In this document: positions 49,069 through 58,134 of the stretch, one piece after another
How the letters are laid out: the number at the start of each line of letters is the position of its first letter
Position numbering within the stretch: position 1 is the first letter of the stretch
DNA from: Candidatus Poribacteria bacterium
GTDB taxonomy: Bacteria; Poribacteria; WGA-4E; PCPOR2b
Direction of reading: 5' to 3'
Assembly (NCBI GenBank): GCA_965204355.1
Contig: OZ241983.1
Coordinates: 5,957,088-6,021,087 of the forward strand
DNA length: 64,000 bases
The notes under the pieces: generated by a model
The model's input: the letters and a program-made list of their open reading frames with translations, nothing else
What the model was told of the DNA's origin: nothing
Databases searched by the model: none
Position numbers and translations under genes: made by a program

Positions 49069-50502
49069 CTAATCCGCCTCGCTCATAAAAGTAATGGGGA
49101 GTTGTGACGTCGATTGCCCACTAAATTCTATGGGATAGCTGCCGTCAAAACAAGCCGTGCAAAAATCTTCGGGTGATTTCATACATTTGAGCATACCTTC
49201 AATGCTGAGATATCCTAAACTATCTGCACGGATGTATTTACAGGTTTCCTCGATGGTGTGTGAGCTGGCGATTAGTTCTTTGCGGGTGGGAGTATCAATA
49301 CCGTAGAAACAGGGAAATTTATTGGGCGGAGAAGCGATGCGGACATGAACCTCTGTAGCGCCGCCCTGACGAAGCATCTTTACAAACTTTCGGCTCTCAG
49401 TTCCCCGCATAATTGAATCATCAACGACCACAACGCGCTTGCCTTCAAGCACATCACGAATCGGGTTTAATTTCACCTTGACCATCAGTTCACGAACCTC
49501 TTGGGAGGGGTTCATGAAGGCACGGCCTACGTAAGAATTTCGATAGAGCCCCACATCAAATGGAATCCCCGATTCCTCTGAATATCCCAATGCAGAAAGT
49601 GTTGCCGAATCCGGTACAGGGATAACGATATCTGCCGCTGCCGGGCACTCACGCGCCAGTTGCCTGCCAAGTTCACGTCTTGGACGATTAACCAATTCAC
49701 CAAACACAACACTGTCTGGACGCGAGAGGTAAATATATTCAAAGATACATTGCGATAGGTAAGGTTGCTGCTGCCCAAACATAAATGATTTCGGTTCTTT
49801 ATCTGTGTCAGTAATAATGACCATTTCGCCGGGGTTAACCTCGCGGATTGGCTCTGCCTCAATTACATCGAAAGCGCACGTTTCAGAAGTAAGAACGTAG
49901 GAATCACCAATGCGACCTAACCAAAGTGGCCGGAAACCGTAAATATCTCGTACCCCAATCAGGATGGATCTTCCCATGAAGGCCAGTGAGTACGCGCCGC
50001 GAATCTCTTTGAGGGCATCCAAGATACGGTCTTCCAGCAGCGTCTGGCGGGAACGAGCGATGAGGTGAGCGATAACCTCTGTATCGGAAGTGGTGCTGAA
50101 AATTGAACCAGCATCCTCAAGGTCATTTCGGATACGTTGGGCATTTACAAGGTTTCCATTATGTGCAATCGCAAGCGGACCACGCTTATATTCCCGAACC
50201 AGCGGCTGTGCATTCTGAAGGGAGCTGTGCCCGGTTGTCGAATACCGGTTATGTCCCAGCGCAATGTCACCTTCCAGCTTTCCCAAGGTATCCGAATCAA
50301 AGATCGTTGCAACAAGTCCCATACCGTGATGATATGTGAACGCGTCGTTGTCTGCAGCGGCAATCCCTGCGCTCTCTTGACCACGGTGCTGCAGGGCACG
50401 TAAAGCCAAGTAAGTCAATTCAACAGCCCTGGGGTGTCCCAAAATGCCGAACACCCCACACTCACACCTCGGCTTATCATCAAACGCATTGAAATGTTCC
50501 AT
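49069..50502 (-). CDS. purF: amidophosphoribosyltransferase
   Basis: CGVFGILGH N-terminal nucleophile Cys, PRTase motif VVVVDDSIMRGTE; start taken at Met preceding CECGVFG (ORF track extends to 50670). Confidence 0.85.
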   Translation of the reverse strand: MEHFNAFDDKPRCECGVFGILGHPRAVELTYLALRALQHRGQESAGIAAADNDAFTYHHGMGLVATIFDSDTLGKLEGDIALGHNRYSTTGHSSLQNAQPLVREYKRGPLAIAHNGNLVNAQRIRNDLEDAGSIFSTTSDTEVIAHLIARSRQTLLEDRILDALKEIRGAYSLAFMGRSILIGVRDIYGFRPLWLGRIGDSYVLTSETCAFDVIEAEPIREVNPGEMVIITDTDKEPKSFMFGQQQPYLSQCIFEYIYLSRPDSVVFGELVNRPRRELGRQLARECPAAADIVIPVPDSATLSALGYSEESGIPFDVGLYRNSYVGRAFMNPSQEVRELMVKVKLNPIRDVLEGKRVVVVDDSIMRGTESRKFVKMLRQGGATEVHVRIASPPNKFPCFYGIDTPTRKELIASSHTIEETCKYIRADSLGYLSIEGMLKCMKSPEDFCTACFDGSYPIEFSGQSTSQLPITFMSEAD

Positions 50503-50593
50503 ATTTGGATGAGTCTCCAATTCATCGGATATTTCGCCACATATCGGCACACGATTGTATGGCGTCTGAAAATCTTGACAGTCTGGATTCGGG

Positions 50594-51136
50594 CTAGACT
50601 TCAACCGCCGTTGTCCGCTTCCGCTCCATATCAAGCCGGTAGCCAAGGATTGCGCCAATCGGTGCCGCAACGACGTACAAAAGCTCGGGAGGGCATTTTA
50701 TTGCTAGCAAAATACGAAGGGGTAGAGATATGATAAGGGCAAGTAGTTGTGCTATATTTAGGAGTATGTAGAAAAGCACATTCGAGGCAACCAATGCTTC
50801 CCAGTGGATATTCAGTAGCGACATCAACGCGACTATCGCGGGAGCACCAAGGAAGGCCCCTTGATATGCGCGCTTACGGTCTACATTCGCGCTAAAGCGG
50901 TGTCCGGCAAATATAACACCTTCGGCAACACCAGCGAGGGCACTCCCGTACGCCATCCCAAAGGAGATTAGTAGAAGTAAACCCACCCAGAAGCCGTGCT
51001 GCACACGGTCGCCGATTAAGCCGTTCCAGAACAGCAGTTCAACAAGCAAGCAGCAAATCCAGCCACTCGCTAAACCGATAGCGCCACCTAAAACAATCTG
51101 ACTCGCTGTCAAAGCAATTGTTTTCTTGCGAGGCAT
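50594..51136 (-). CDS. hypothetical membrane protein
   Basis: 180 aa, 4-5 TM helices. Confidence 0.4.
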   Translation of the reverse strand: MPRKKTIALTASQIVLGGAIGLASGWICCLLVELLFWNGLIGDRVQHGFWVGLLLLISFGMAYGSALAGVAEGVIFAGHRFSANVDRKRAYQGAFLGAPAIVALMSLLNIHWEALVASNVLFYILLNIAQLLALIISLPLRILLAIKCPPELLYVVAAPIGAILGYRLDMERKRTTAVEV

Positions 51137-51248
51137 GCCACTCTCCCAAAAATCTGGTTTGATATGGAGATTATATCACGGCATCGCATCCCTGTCAACC
51201 TTAATGCCGTGCGAAGATGCGGCTCAGAATTCTTCCCGACAACTATAG

Positions 51249-51394
51249 TAACGCAAGTTGCTAGTTGATAATCCAAGCACCGGAAACTTGTGCAATCGTC
51301 GGGAATTGGAATTCCCTCCTACAAAAAACATACGGTAGGAGCGATCTCCGAATCGCGACTAGCTTGACTATGGCTAACTAGCAACTTAGGTTAT
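51249..51394. mobile_element. MITE-like repeat, family 2, copy 3
   Basis: ~99% identical to 8894-9038 and 19558-19702. Confidence 0.85.
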
Positions 51395-51604
51395 AGTACT
51401 AAACTAAACGGACAAAACCACAGAAATGTGACAAATTTTAAGATTTTTCAAAAACTTGAAGCTGGAGTTTGATATTGACAGACCGGGCGCCATCCCCTAC
51501 AATTGTATGACGTTAGTCGCAAATACGCCTATTCGCTGCTGCAGCAACTCCCACGCTAAACCACATCGGCTATAGACGGGTGAAACTGAAGTGAGAGGAG
51601 ATCT

Positions 51605-52240
51605 ATGAGCAATCTACTGTTTCAGTCAGATGAAAAGGTACTTTTTATTGGTGATAGTATCACCGACTGCGGACGGCGTGGTGATCACGCGCCATTTGGG
51701 AACGGCTATGTGAAAAAGGTAACCGAACTGATCACCGCAAAGTATCCAGAGCGCCGAATCGAGTATGTCAACAAAGGTATCGGCGGCGATGTCGTCGAAG
51801 GGCTCGAAGCACGGTGGGACACCGATGTTATTGCCGAAAAACCTGACTGGCTGTCGGTAAAAATCGGTATCAATAATGCGTCACGCCAACTTGGGGCAGG
51901 CCTTCCAAACGAAACATATCTTCCAGAATGGGAGGCGTGTTATCGACGGATCTTAGCCCGTGCGAGAGATGAATTGGGCGCGGGGCTTTTCATGTTCGAG
52001 ACTTTTTACATTGAAGAAGATGTGCCCCAACCGCGCCCGTTAGACGTTGATGCCTATAATGAGATTATCCATCGGCTAGCGGGCGAATTTAACGCTCGAT
52101 TGATACAAACAAACGAAACGTTTGACCGCGCAGTGGCTGCACGACCAGGAGCGTTGTGGACGACGGAGGATGGCGTTCACCCAAACCCGGAAGGACATAC
52201 ACTGATGGCGTTGGAGTTTCTCAAACAGGCGGGCTGGTAG
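51605..52240 (+). CDS. SGNH/GDSL-family hydrolase
   Basis: VLFIGDSITDCG block I, DGVHPN block V. Confidence 0.75.
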   Translation: MSNLLFQSDEKVLFIGDSITDCGRRGDHAPFGNGYVKKVTELITAKYPERRIEYVNKGIGGDVVEGLEARWDTDVIAEKPDWLSVKIGINNASRQLGAGLPNETYLPEWEACYRRILARARDELGAGLFMFETFYIEEDVPQPRPLDVDAYNEIIHRLAGEFNARLIQTNETFDRAVAARPGALWTTEDGVHPNPEGHTLMALEFLKQAGW

Positions 52241-52278
52241 GAACACCTTGTTCGCGTATTGCCGTCGGAGGCTTAATT

Positions 52279-53202
52279 ATGGACAGAGCTGCACACGTGT
52301 TAGAACGTATGAAGGGCCCGGTAGTGCCCATAAACGTCTGTTTCAACACAGACGGCACAATCAACTACGATGCTGTTGGCGCATACATCAACTGGCTGTG
52401 TGAAGAGCAGACCCCTGTGCTTTTACTCACTTACGGGAGCAGCGAATTTGCGAGCATCAGCGATGAAGAACTCTGGGACTTAACGGAGGTTGTTGCATCT
52501 GCCAACGCTGGACGCTCACTCTGCATTGCGTCCACCAGTTATTGGAAACCATCGAAAACCCGTGATTTTCTGAAACACGCTGATGCCGTTGGTGTTGATG
52601 CTGTTAAGGTACAAATTAACCCTTGGCTGCCCAAGACACGAGAGGCATTAGTCGGATATTTCGACCTGATTGAAGATGCGTCGGATATACCGCTGTTGCT
52701 CTGGGGAGTTGCACCACCACCATTCCCCGTCGAGGTGGTAGCCGAATTGGCACAGCGTCGCAATATCGTTGGCATGAAGAATGACGCACATCCTTTTTAT
52801 GACTACTATGATCTGGTTCGCGCCACGAAAAATGAGGGTTTTGGCGTGGTCAGCGGCGGACAGATGCGTAACTTCGTGTTCGGACACCAGATCGGGTCGC
52901 CTGCCTACTTGTGCCCCATCGCGCCTTTCCGCCCCGACATCGCCTTGCAGTTTTATCAGTTGATAGTTGAAGGAAACTACACTCAGGCGTGGGAGATGGT
53001 TTATCGTTATGAAGAACCTTGGCTCCAATGGGCAATTGACAAAAACTGGCTGGGGGTAATGAAATCAACAGTACAACTCCAAGGACTGTATCCCAACAAT
53101 CTGCTCGGACCGCCGAATCCTCCGCCCAGTCCAAATCTGCTCAATGAAGTGCAGGAGAAGCTAGAGGAGCTCTTCGGTGTATCGCGCACTCGTCCAACGT
53201 AG
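52279..53202 (+). CDS. DapA/N-acetylneuraminate-lyase-family (class I aldolase) protein
   Basis: family-like N-terminal region and VGMKND region (putative Schiff-base Lys); start ATG 52279. Confidence 0.5.
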   Translation: MDRAAHVLERMKGPVVPINVCFNTDGTINYDAVGAYINWLCEEQTPVLLLTYGSSEFASISDEELWDLTEVVASANAGRSLCIASTSYWKPSKTRDFLKHADAVGVDAVKVQINPWLPKTREALVGYFDLIEDASDIPLLLWGVAPPPFPVEVVAELAQRRNIVGMKNDAHPFYDYYDLVRATKNEGFGVVSGGQMRNFVFGHQIGSPAYLCPIAPFRPDIALQFYQLIVEGNYTQAWEMVYRYEEPWLQWAIDKNWLGVMKSTVQLQGLYPNNLLGPPNPPPSPNLLNEVQEKLEELFGVSRTRPT

Positions 53203-53312
53203 ATACCTGTTTTCCTGCACCGAGCCCCTTCCTAACCGTTTGACACCTCCAATCTCTAATTCTTAAGGGAAATCGAGAGGGAATATACCACGATGTCTGA
53301 GGAACGAACAAG

Positions 53313-54728
53313 ATGAGTAGCCATGCAACCGCACAATACCAGCAGGATACCGTTGTGAGTGCAGAAGCGTTCAGGGAATTGCATAACTTACTGGCGGATC
53401 GCCTGACCACAGCGAAGGCGGTTCGGGAGGAACATGCAAAAGATGTCTCTCATCACCTACCCCACCTGCCTCATGCTGTCGCATACCCCCATAGTAACGC
53501 TGAAGTCTCTCAAATAGTGCAAATCTGTGCTCGATATTCGATTCCGGTCGTTCCCTTTGGCACGGGAACGGGAGTTGAAGGAGCGGTTGTCGCGATCCGC
53601 GGGGGTATCTGCATCGATTTGACTCAGATGGATCAAATTCTTCAGGTCAGTCGGAACGACATGGATGCAACAGTGCAGGCAGGGGTCACACGGATGCAGC
53701 TCAACAGCCATCTTTCCGAAACCGGGACGGGGCTTTACTTCCCTGTCGATCCGGGAGCAGACGCATCCGTGGGCGGTATGGCGGCGACACGCGCGTCGGG
53801 TAACGCTGCGGTGCGTTACGGCACCATGCGAGAGAATGTCTTAGGACTGACAGTAGTAACCGCTGATGGAAACATCATCCGCACCGGAGGTCGCGCCCGC
53901 AAATCCTCCGCAGGCTACGATTTAACGCGATTATTTGTGGGGTCAGAAGGAACGCTGGGTATCATTACAGACGTAACACTGAAACTGGCAAAGACACCGG
54001 AGGCTGTTTCGGCAGCAGTATGTGCGTTTTCAGACATTGCGGCAGCAGCACACACAGCTATCCAAGTCATTGGATCCGGTATACCCGTGGCCCGACTCGA
54101 GCTGCTAGATGAGATCCAGATGGGCGCGGTCAACGCCTACTCAGACCTAAATTACAAGGTCGCTCCAACACTTCTTTTTGAATTTCACGGTTCAGCATCG
54201 GCGGTGACCGAGCAAGCACAAACTGTGGGCTCAATCGTGCAGGAATATGGAGGCGAAGATTTTCAATGGGCAACCGAGGAGGAAGAGCGCAATAGGCTCT
54301 GGCAGGCGCGGTATGACAGCTATTATGCTTCATTGGCACTTCGCCCCGGATCGGTCGGGTATGTCACGGATGTTTGCGTGCCTATCTCACGTTTGGCGGA
54401 TTGCATCCTGAAAACCAAGCAAGAAATCGAAGCATCCGGCTTAATCGCGCCCCTGCTTGGGCATGTAGGAGATGGCAATTTCCATGTGGTATTCCCCCTC
54501 GATCCCAACCGTCCCGAAGAGTTGGAAGAAGCACAACGGTTGAGCCAACTCTTCGTTGAATACGCACTACAAATGGACGGCACATGCACCGGTGAACACG
54601 GCATCGGATTGGGTAAAATCGAGGCACTTAGGCAGGAGCATGGACAAGGCGTCGACATAATGTACGCCATCAAAAAGTCCCTAGACCCACAAAATATTAT
54701 GAATCCCGGCAAGGTCATACCGCTCTGA
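53313..54728 (+). CDS. FAD-linked oxidase, D-lactate dehydrogenase/GlcD-like
   Basis: FAD-binding PCMH domain (VVPFGTGTG...GGICIDL) and C-terminal FAD-oxidase domain. Confidence 0.75.
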   Translation: MSSHATAQYQQDTVVSAEAFRELHNLLADRLTTAKAVREEHAKDVSHHLPHLPHAVAYPHSNAEVSQIVQICARYSIPVVPFGTGTGVEGAVVAIRGGICIDLTQMDQILQVSRNDMDATVQAGVTRMQLNSHLSETGTGLYFPVDPGADASVGGMAATRASGNAAVRYGTMRENVLGLTVVTADGNIIRTGGRARKSSAGYDLTRLFVGSEGTLGIITDVTLKLAKTPEAVSAAVCAFSDIAAAAHTAIQVIGSGIPVARLELLDEIQMGAVNAYSDLNYKVAPTLLFEFHGSASAVTEQAQTVGSIVQEYGGEDFQWATEEEERNRLWQARYDSYYASLALRPGSVGYVTDVCVPISRLADCILKTKQEIEASGLIAPLLGHVGDGNFHVVFPLDPNRPEELEEAQRLSQLFVEYALQMDGTCTGEHGIGLGKIEALRQEHGQGVDIMYAIKKSLDPQNIMNPGKVIPL

Positions 54729-54733
54729 GTAAC

Positions 54734-55090
54734 ATGAAAACAGCATTCAGAAAAACGTTAATCGCTTTTGTTATTTTTATTCTAAGCCTCATCGGGATCC
54801 TCATCGGTGTTATCAAACGTTGGTCGCAGAGCGGTTCTTTGATTGAAAGCATGATGATGGTTGACTTCACGGGGCTTCTGCTCGGTGTCTTGGGGGCATC
54901 AACCCTGATCCTTATCAGCGTTGTCTTGACCTTTTGGTTGGCACGCGCGTGGTCAGTTGAGCAACCTGCATTAGGGGAACGAATCATCCGACTGGCAATG
55001 GTTGTGAGTATTCTACTGATCCTTGTCTTCGGCGGAATGGGTATCGGCTTAATCATCTTGCGCACACTCTGGACAGTTAATTATTTTTAG
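54734..55090 (+). CDS. small membrane protein
   Basis: three TM helices. Confidence 0.4.
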   Translation: MKTAFRKTLIAFVIFILSLIGILIGVIKRWSQSGSLIESMMMVDFTGLLLGVLGASTLILISVVLTFWLARAWSVEQPALGERIIRLAMVVSILLILVFGGMGIGLIILRTLWTVNYF

Positions 55091-55125
55091 ACCAAGATTC
55101 AAGCGATAAACATATCCATGCCAAC

Positions 55126-55566
55126 GGTAGGGCTATTCAGTTTTAGGCTTTTTACCCATTTTGCTTGAAAAGTCGGAGTTGGAAAGTCGCTCATAGAGCG
55201 AAGCGTCGGGATTGGGAAATCCCTCCTACAGAAGCATTAAAAGACCCTATGCCAACAGATTTTGACTTGCATTCACAGACTCAGATATGCTAAAATAGGT
55301 TTGGAATGTAGCAAATTTCATAACCAAACTTTGCCTTTTAAGTCATTTTATCGGGGTTACGGTTGAAAAATGGAATCCACTGTATATCGTAGGGATTATA
55401 GTGAATTATCAAAATATGTAGACACTTTCGCTCCCCATGTTTGGTAGGTGCTGTTTCTAACTGCGCCAATGTGGTGCGGTTAGAAACCGCACCTACCGGG
55501 GTGATAGCCCGGATTTTCCCATCTCCGGTACAGAGTGTCCAAGTAATTCTAAAGTTCACCATAATT
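55126..55566. mobile_element. structured repeat, family 3, copy 2 (immediately upstream of infC)
   Basis: shares both ends with 7052-7385; internal 19-bp-stem hairpin GGTAGGTGCTGTTTCTAAC...GGTTAGAAACCGCACCTACC. Confidence 0.7.
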
Positions 55567-55604
55567 CCACAATATACATAACAGATTGAGAAGGGGTGTC
55601 AACG

Positions 55605-56159
55605 ATTCAAAACAGAGGTCGCCGTTACCAACAGAAAACGCAACAGCAACAAAATAGGGTGAATCGACAGATTCGGGCAAGGCAGGTCTTGTTGATCACT
55701 GCCGACAACGAAAAACTTGGGCCCATACCTGTCTATGAGGCATTGGACCGGGCGCAAGCAGAGGGGCTTGATTTGGTAGAAGTCTCCCCAAATGCCAATC
55801 CGCCAGTTTGCAAAATTATGGACTACGGTAAGTTCCAGTATGAGAAGAGCAAACGGGCGAAAGAAGCAAAAAAGAAACAAGCCAAAGTTGTGCTGAAAGA
55901 GATAAAGTTCAAATCCGTAAGAACCGGAGATCACGACTTTCAGTTCAGGCTGCGTCATGCCCGCGAGTTTCTGTCGAATGGCTGGAAAGTCAAAGCATCG
56001 GTCAGATTCAGTGGGCGCGAAATGTTGCACACAGATCTCGGGAAGGAAATGCTGCAACGGTTTGCAGCAGATGTCGAAGATGTCGGCGAGATAGAATTGC
56101 CGCCACGGATGGAGAGTCGTAACATGTTCATGGTCTTGACACCAAAGTCAGATAAGTAG
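55605..56159 (+). CDS. infC: translation initiation factor IF-3, probable AUU start
   Basis: IF-3 N and C domains; in-frame ATT at 55605 is 8 nt downstream of GAAGGGG, whereas GTG at 55596 abuts the SD. Confidence 0.8.
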   Translation: MQNRGRRYQQKTQQQQNRVNRQIRARQVLLITADNEKLGPIPVYEALDRAQAEGLDLVEVSPNANPPVCKIMDYGKFQYEKSKRAKEAKKKQAKVVLKEIKFKSVRTGDHDFQFRLRHAREFLSNGWKVKASVRFSGREMLHTDLGKEMLQRFAADVEDVGEIELPPRMESRNMFMVLTPKSDK

Positions 56160-56174
56160 AGGAGCAGCAGTCAG

Positions 56175-56369
56175 ATGCCAAAACTTAAGACACATAAAGG
56201 TTCAGCCAAGCGTTTCAAACTCACAGGAAATGGAAAAATTCGCAGACGCAAGGCTTACTCTAACCACCTGTTCATATCAAAGACACCGAAACAGAAGCGG
56301 AATCTCAGGAGAAGCGCCCTTGTGGATGAGACGAACAAGAAAAGGTTACGCCGCTTGCTCCCCAACTAG
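56175..56369 (+). CDS. rpmI: 50S ribosomal protein L35
   Basis: [15 protein letters not shown]. Confidence 0.9.
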   Translation: MPKLKTHKGSAKRFKLTGNGKIRRRKAYSNHLFISKTPKQKRNLRRSALVDETNKKRLRRLLPN

Positions 56370-56402
56370 GTGGTTATCAACATCGTTTTTAAGGAGATTA
56401 TA

Positions 56403-56750
56403 ATGCCAAAGGTAAAAACAGGCAGTGTCCGTCGCCAACGCCGTAAAAGAATCATGAAGCACTCAAAGGGCTATCGCGGAGGCCGCAATAATCTGAAGCG
56501 GTCTGCAACGGAAGCTGTCGAAAAAGGCTGGAATTATGCCTATGCCCACCGTCGGGCACGAAAACGGGAGTTCAGGCAATTGTGGATTGCCCGTATCAAT
56601 GCCGCCGCACGGATGCACGGGTTATCCTATAGCCGCTTTATGAACGGATTAAAAAAGGCAGGAATTGACCTTAATCGCAAGGTCCTTGCTGATCTCGCTG
56701 TTCACGATGAGGCTGGATTTGCTCGTATTGCGGAACTTGCGAAAGGCTAA
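56403..56750 (+). CDS. rplT: 50S ribosomal protein L20
   Basis: [17 protein letters not shown]... Confidence 0.9.
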   Translation: MPKVKTGSVRRQRRKRIMKHSKGYRGGRNNLKRSATEAVEKGWNYAYAHRRARKREFRQLWIARINAAARMHGLSYSRFMNGLKKAGIDLNRKVLADLAVHDEAGFARIAELAKG

Positions 56751-56789
56751 AAAAATTGGATTCGTGTAAAGGCTATGAAGGGACAAAGT

Positions 56790-57075
56790 AAGCGGTTCGA
56801 ATCTTCTAAGCAGAGAGGATGCGTCATCGGCTGAAAGCGCATCTTTAGAACGAATCGCCGAATTTCATCCTGGAGCCGCCGAGCTGAACGCCGATTTTGG
56901 CAATTAGGCTTGTGCCGGTTGCTTTGAATCCCGATCTTATCGGGGAAGCTGCGCCGTGACTGAAACAGTCAATGAAGTGGGCAGATGCTATATCTGCTAA
57001 TAAGGGTGGTACCGCGGAAGGTTTTGACACCTGTCACTTTCGTCCCTTGGACGAGGTGGTAGGTGTTTTTTTTTG
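56790..57075 (+). promoter_or_regulatory. T-box riboswitch leader (Phe) with terminator, upstream of pheS
   Basis: T-box sequence TAAGGGTGGTACCGCGG at 57001-57018 then hairpin plus T9 run (57028-57074); AGAGA motif and UUC-containing loop upstream. Confidence 0.6.
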
Positions 57076-57095
57076 CTATTTTACAGGAGATACAC

Positions 57096-58112
57096 ATGAA
57101 GGAAGAGTTGCAGCAAATTGAAACTGACGCATTAACAGAACTCAATACTGTGGAAGACTTAAGTGAGTTAGAATCCCTACGGATTAAGTATTTCGGACGC
57201 AAAGGCTTACTCTCCACAGTGATGCGAGGAATGGGGAAACTCTCTAAAGCGGAGCGACCGGTTATTGGTAAACTCGCAAATGAAGTGCGAACCAACCTCA
57301 CGGATGCCTTCGACGAAGTTGAGGGAACTCTGAACCAACAAGCACGAGAGGGACAGCTTGCAGCGGAGGCTGTAGATATTACGCTTCCGGGCAGACTACC
57401 GCAGCTGGGGAAGAAGCATCCGGTGACACAAACCTTTGATCGCATTCAAGAGATCTTCCGGGGCATGGGATTCCAGATTGCTGAAGGTCCTGAGGTTGAA
57501 CACGAATATTACAACTTCGATGCGCTAAACACACCCGCAGAACACCCTGCTAGAGACGCACACGATACGTTTTATATCACTGACAGCTTGCTGCTGCGGA
57601 CACATACCTCACCGGTCCAAATCCGCTATATGGAAAAACAGAAGCCTCCCATACGGATTATTGTCCCGGGACGGGTGTATCGCTGCGATTCCGACGCCTC
57701 CCACACACCGATGTTTCACCAAGTCGAAGGTCTCTTAGTTGCCGAGCGAGTCACTTTCAGCGAGCTGAAGGGTGTCCTCTACGCCTTCGTGCAACAGATG
57801 TTCGGCGAAGGAACGCGAACTCGATTCCGCCCGCATTTCTTCCCATTCACAGAGCCGAGTGCAGAGGTAGATATCTCCTGCACAACTTGTCACGGGGAAG
57901 GCTGTCGTCTCTGCTCAGGCACCGGTTGGCTCGAAATTTTGGGGGCGGGTTCGGTACATCCAAACGTCTTCCGTTATGTCAATTATGATCCAGAACAGTT
58001 TACCGGCTTTGCGTTCGGCATGGGTGTCGATCGGATTGCGACTCTGAAATACGGCATCCCGGATCTACGGTTGATGTTTGATAATGACATGCGGTTCGCC
58101 CAGCAGTTTTAA
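57096..58112 (+). CDS. pheS: phenylalanine--tRNA ligase alpha subunit
   Basis: class II aaRS motifs; AGGAGA RBS. Confidence 0.9.
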   Translation: MKEELQQIETDALTELNTVEDLSELESLRIKYFGRKGLLSTVMRGMGKLSKAERPVIGKLANEVRTNLTDAFDEVEGTLNQQAREGQLAAEAVDITLPGRLPQLGKKHPVTQTFDRIQEIFRGMGFQIAEGPEVEHEYYNFDALNTPAEHPARDAHDTFYITDSLLLRTHTSPVQIRYMEKQKPPIRIIVPGRVYRCDSDASHTPMFHQVEGLLVAERVTFSELKGVLYAFVQQMFGEGTRTRFRPHFFPFTEPSAEVDISCTTCHGEGCRLCSGTGWLEILGAGSVHPNVFRYVNYDPEQFTGFAFGMGVDRIATLKYGIPDLRLMFDNDMRFAQQF

Positions 58113-58134
58113 GATCAGTGGAGGGAAATGAATC

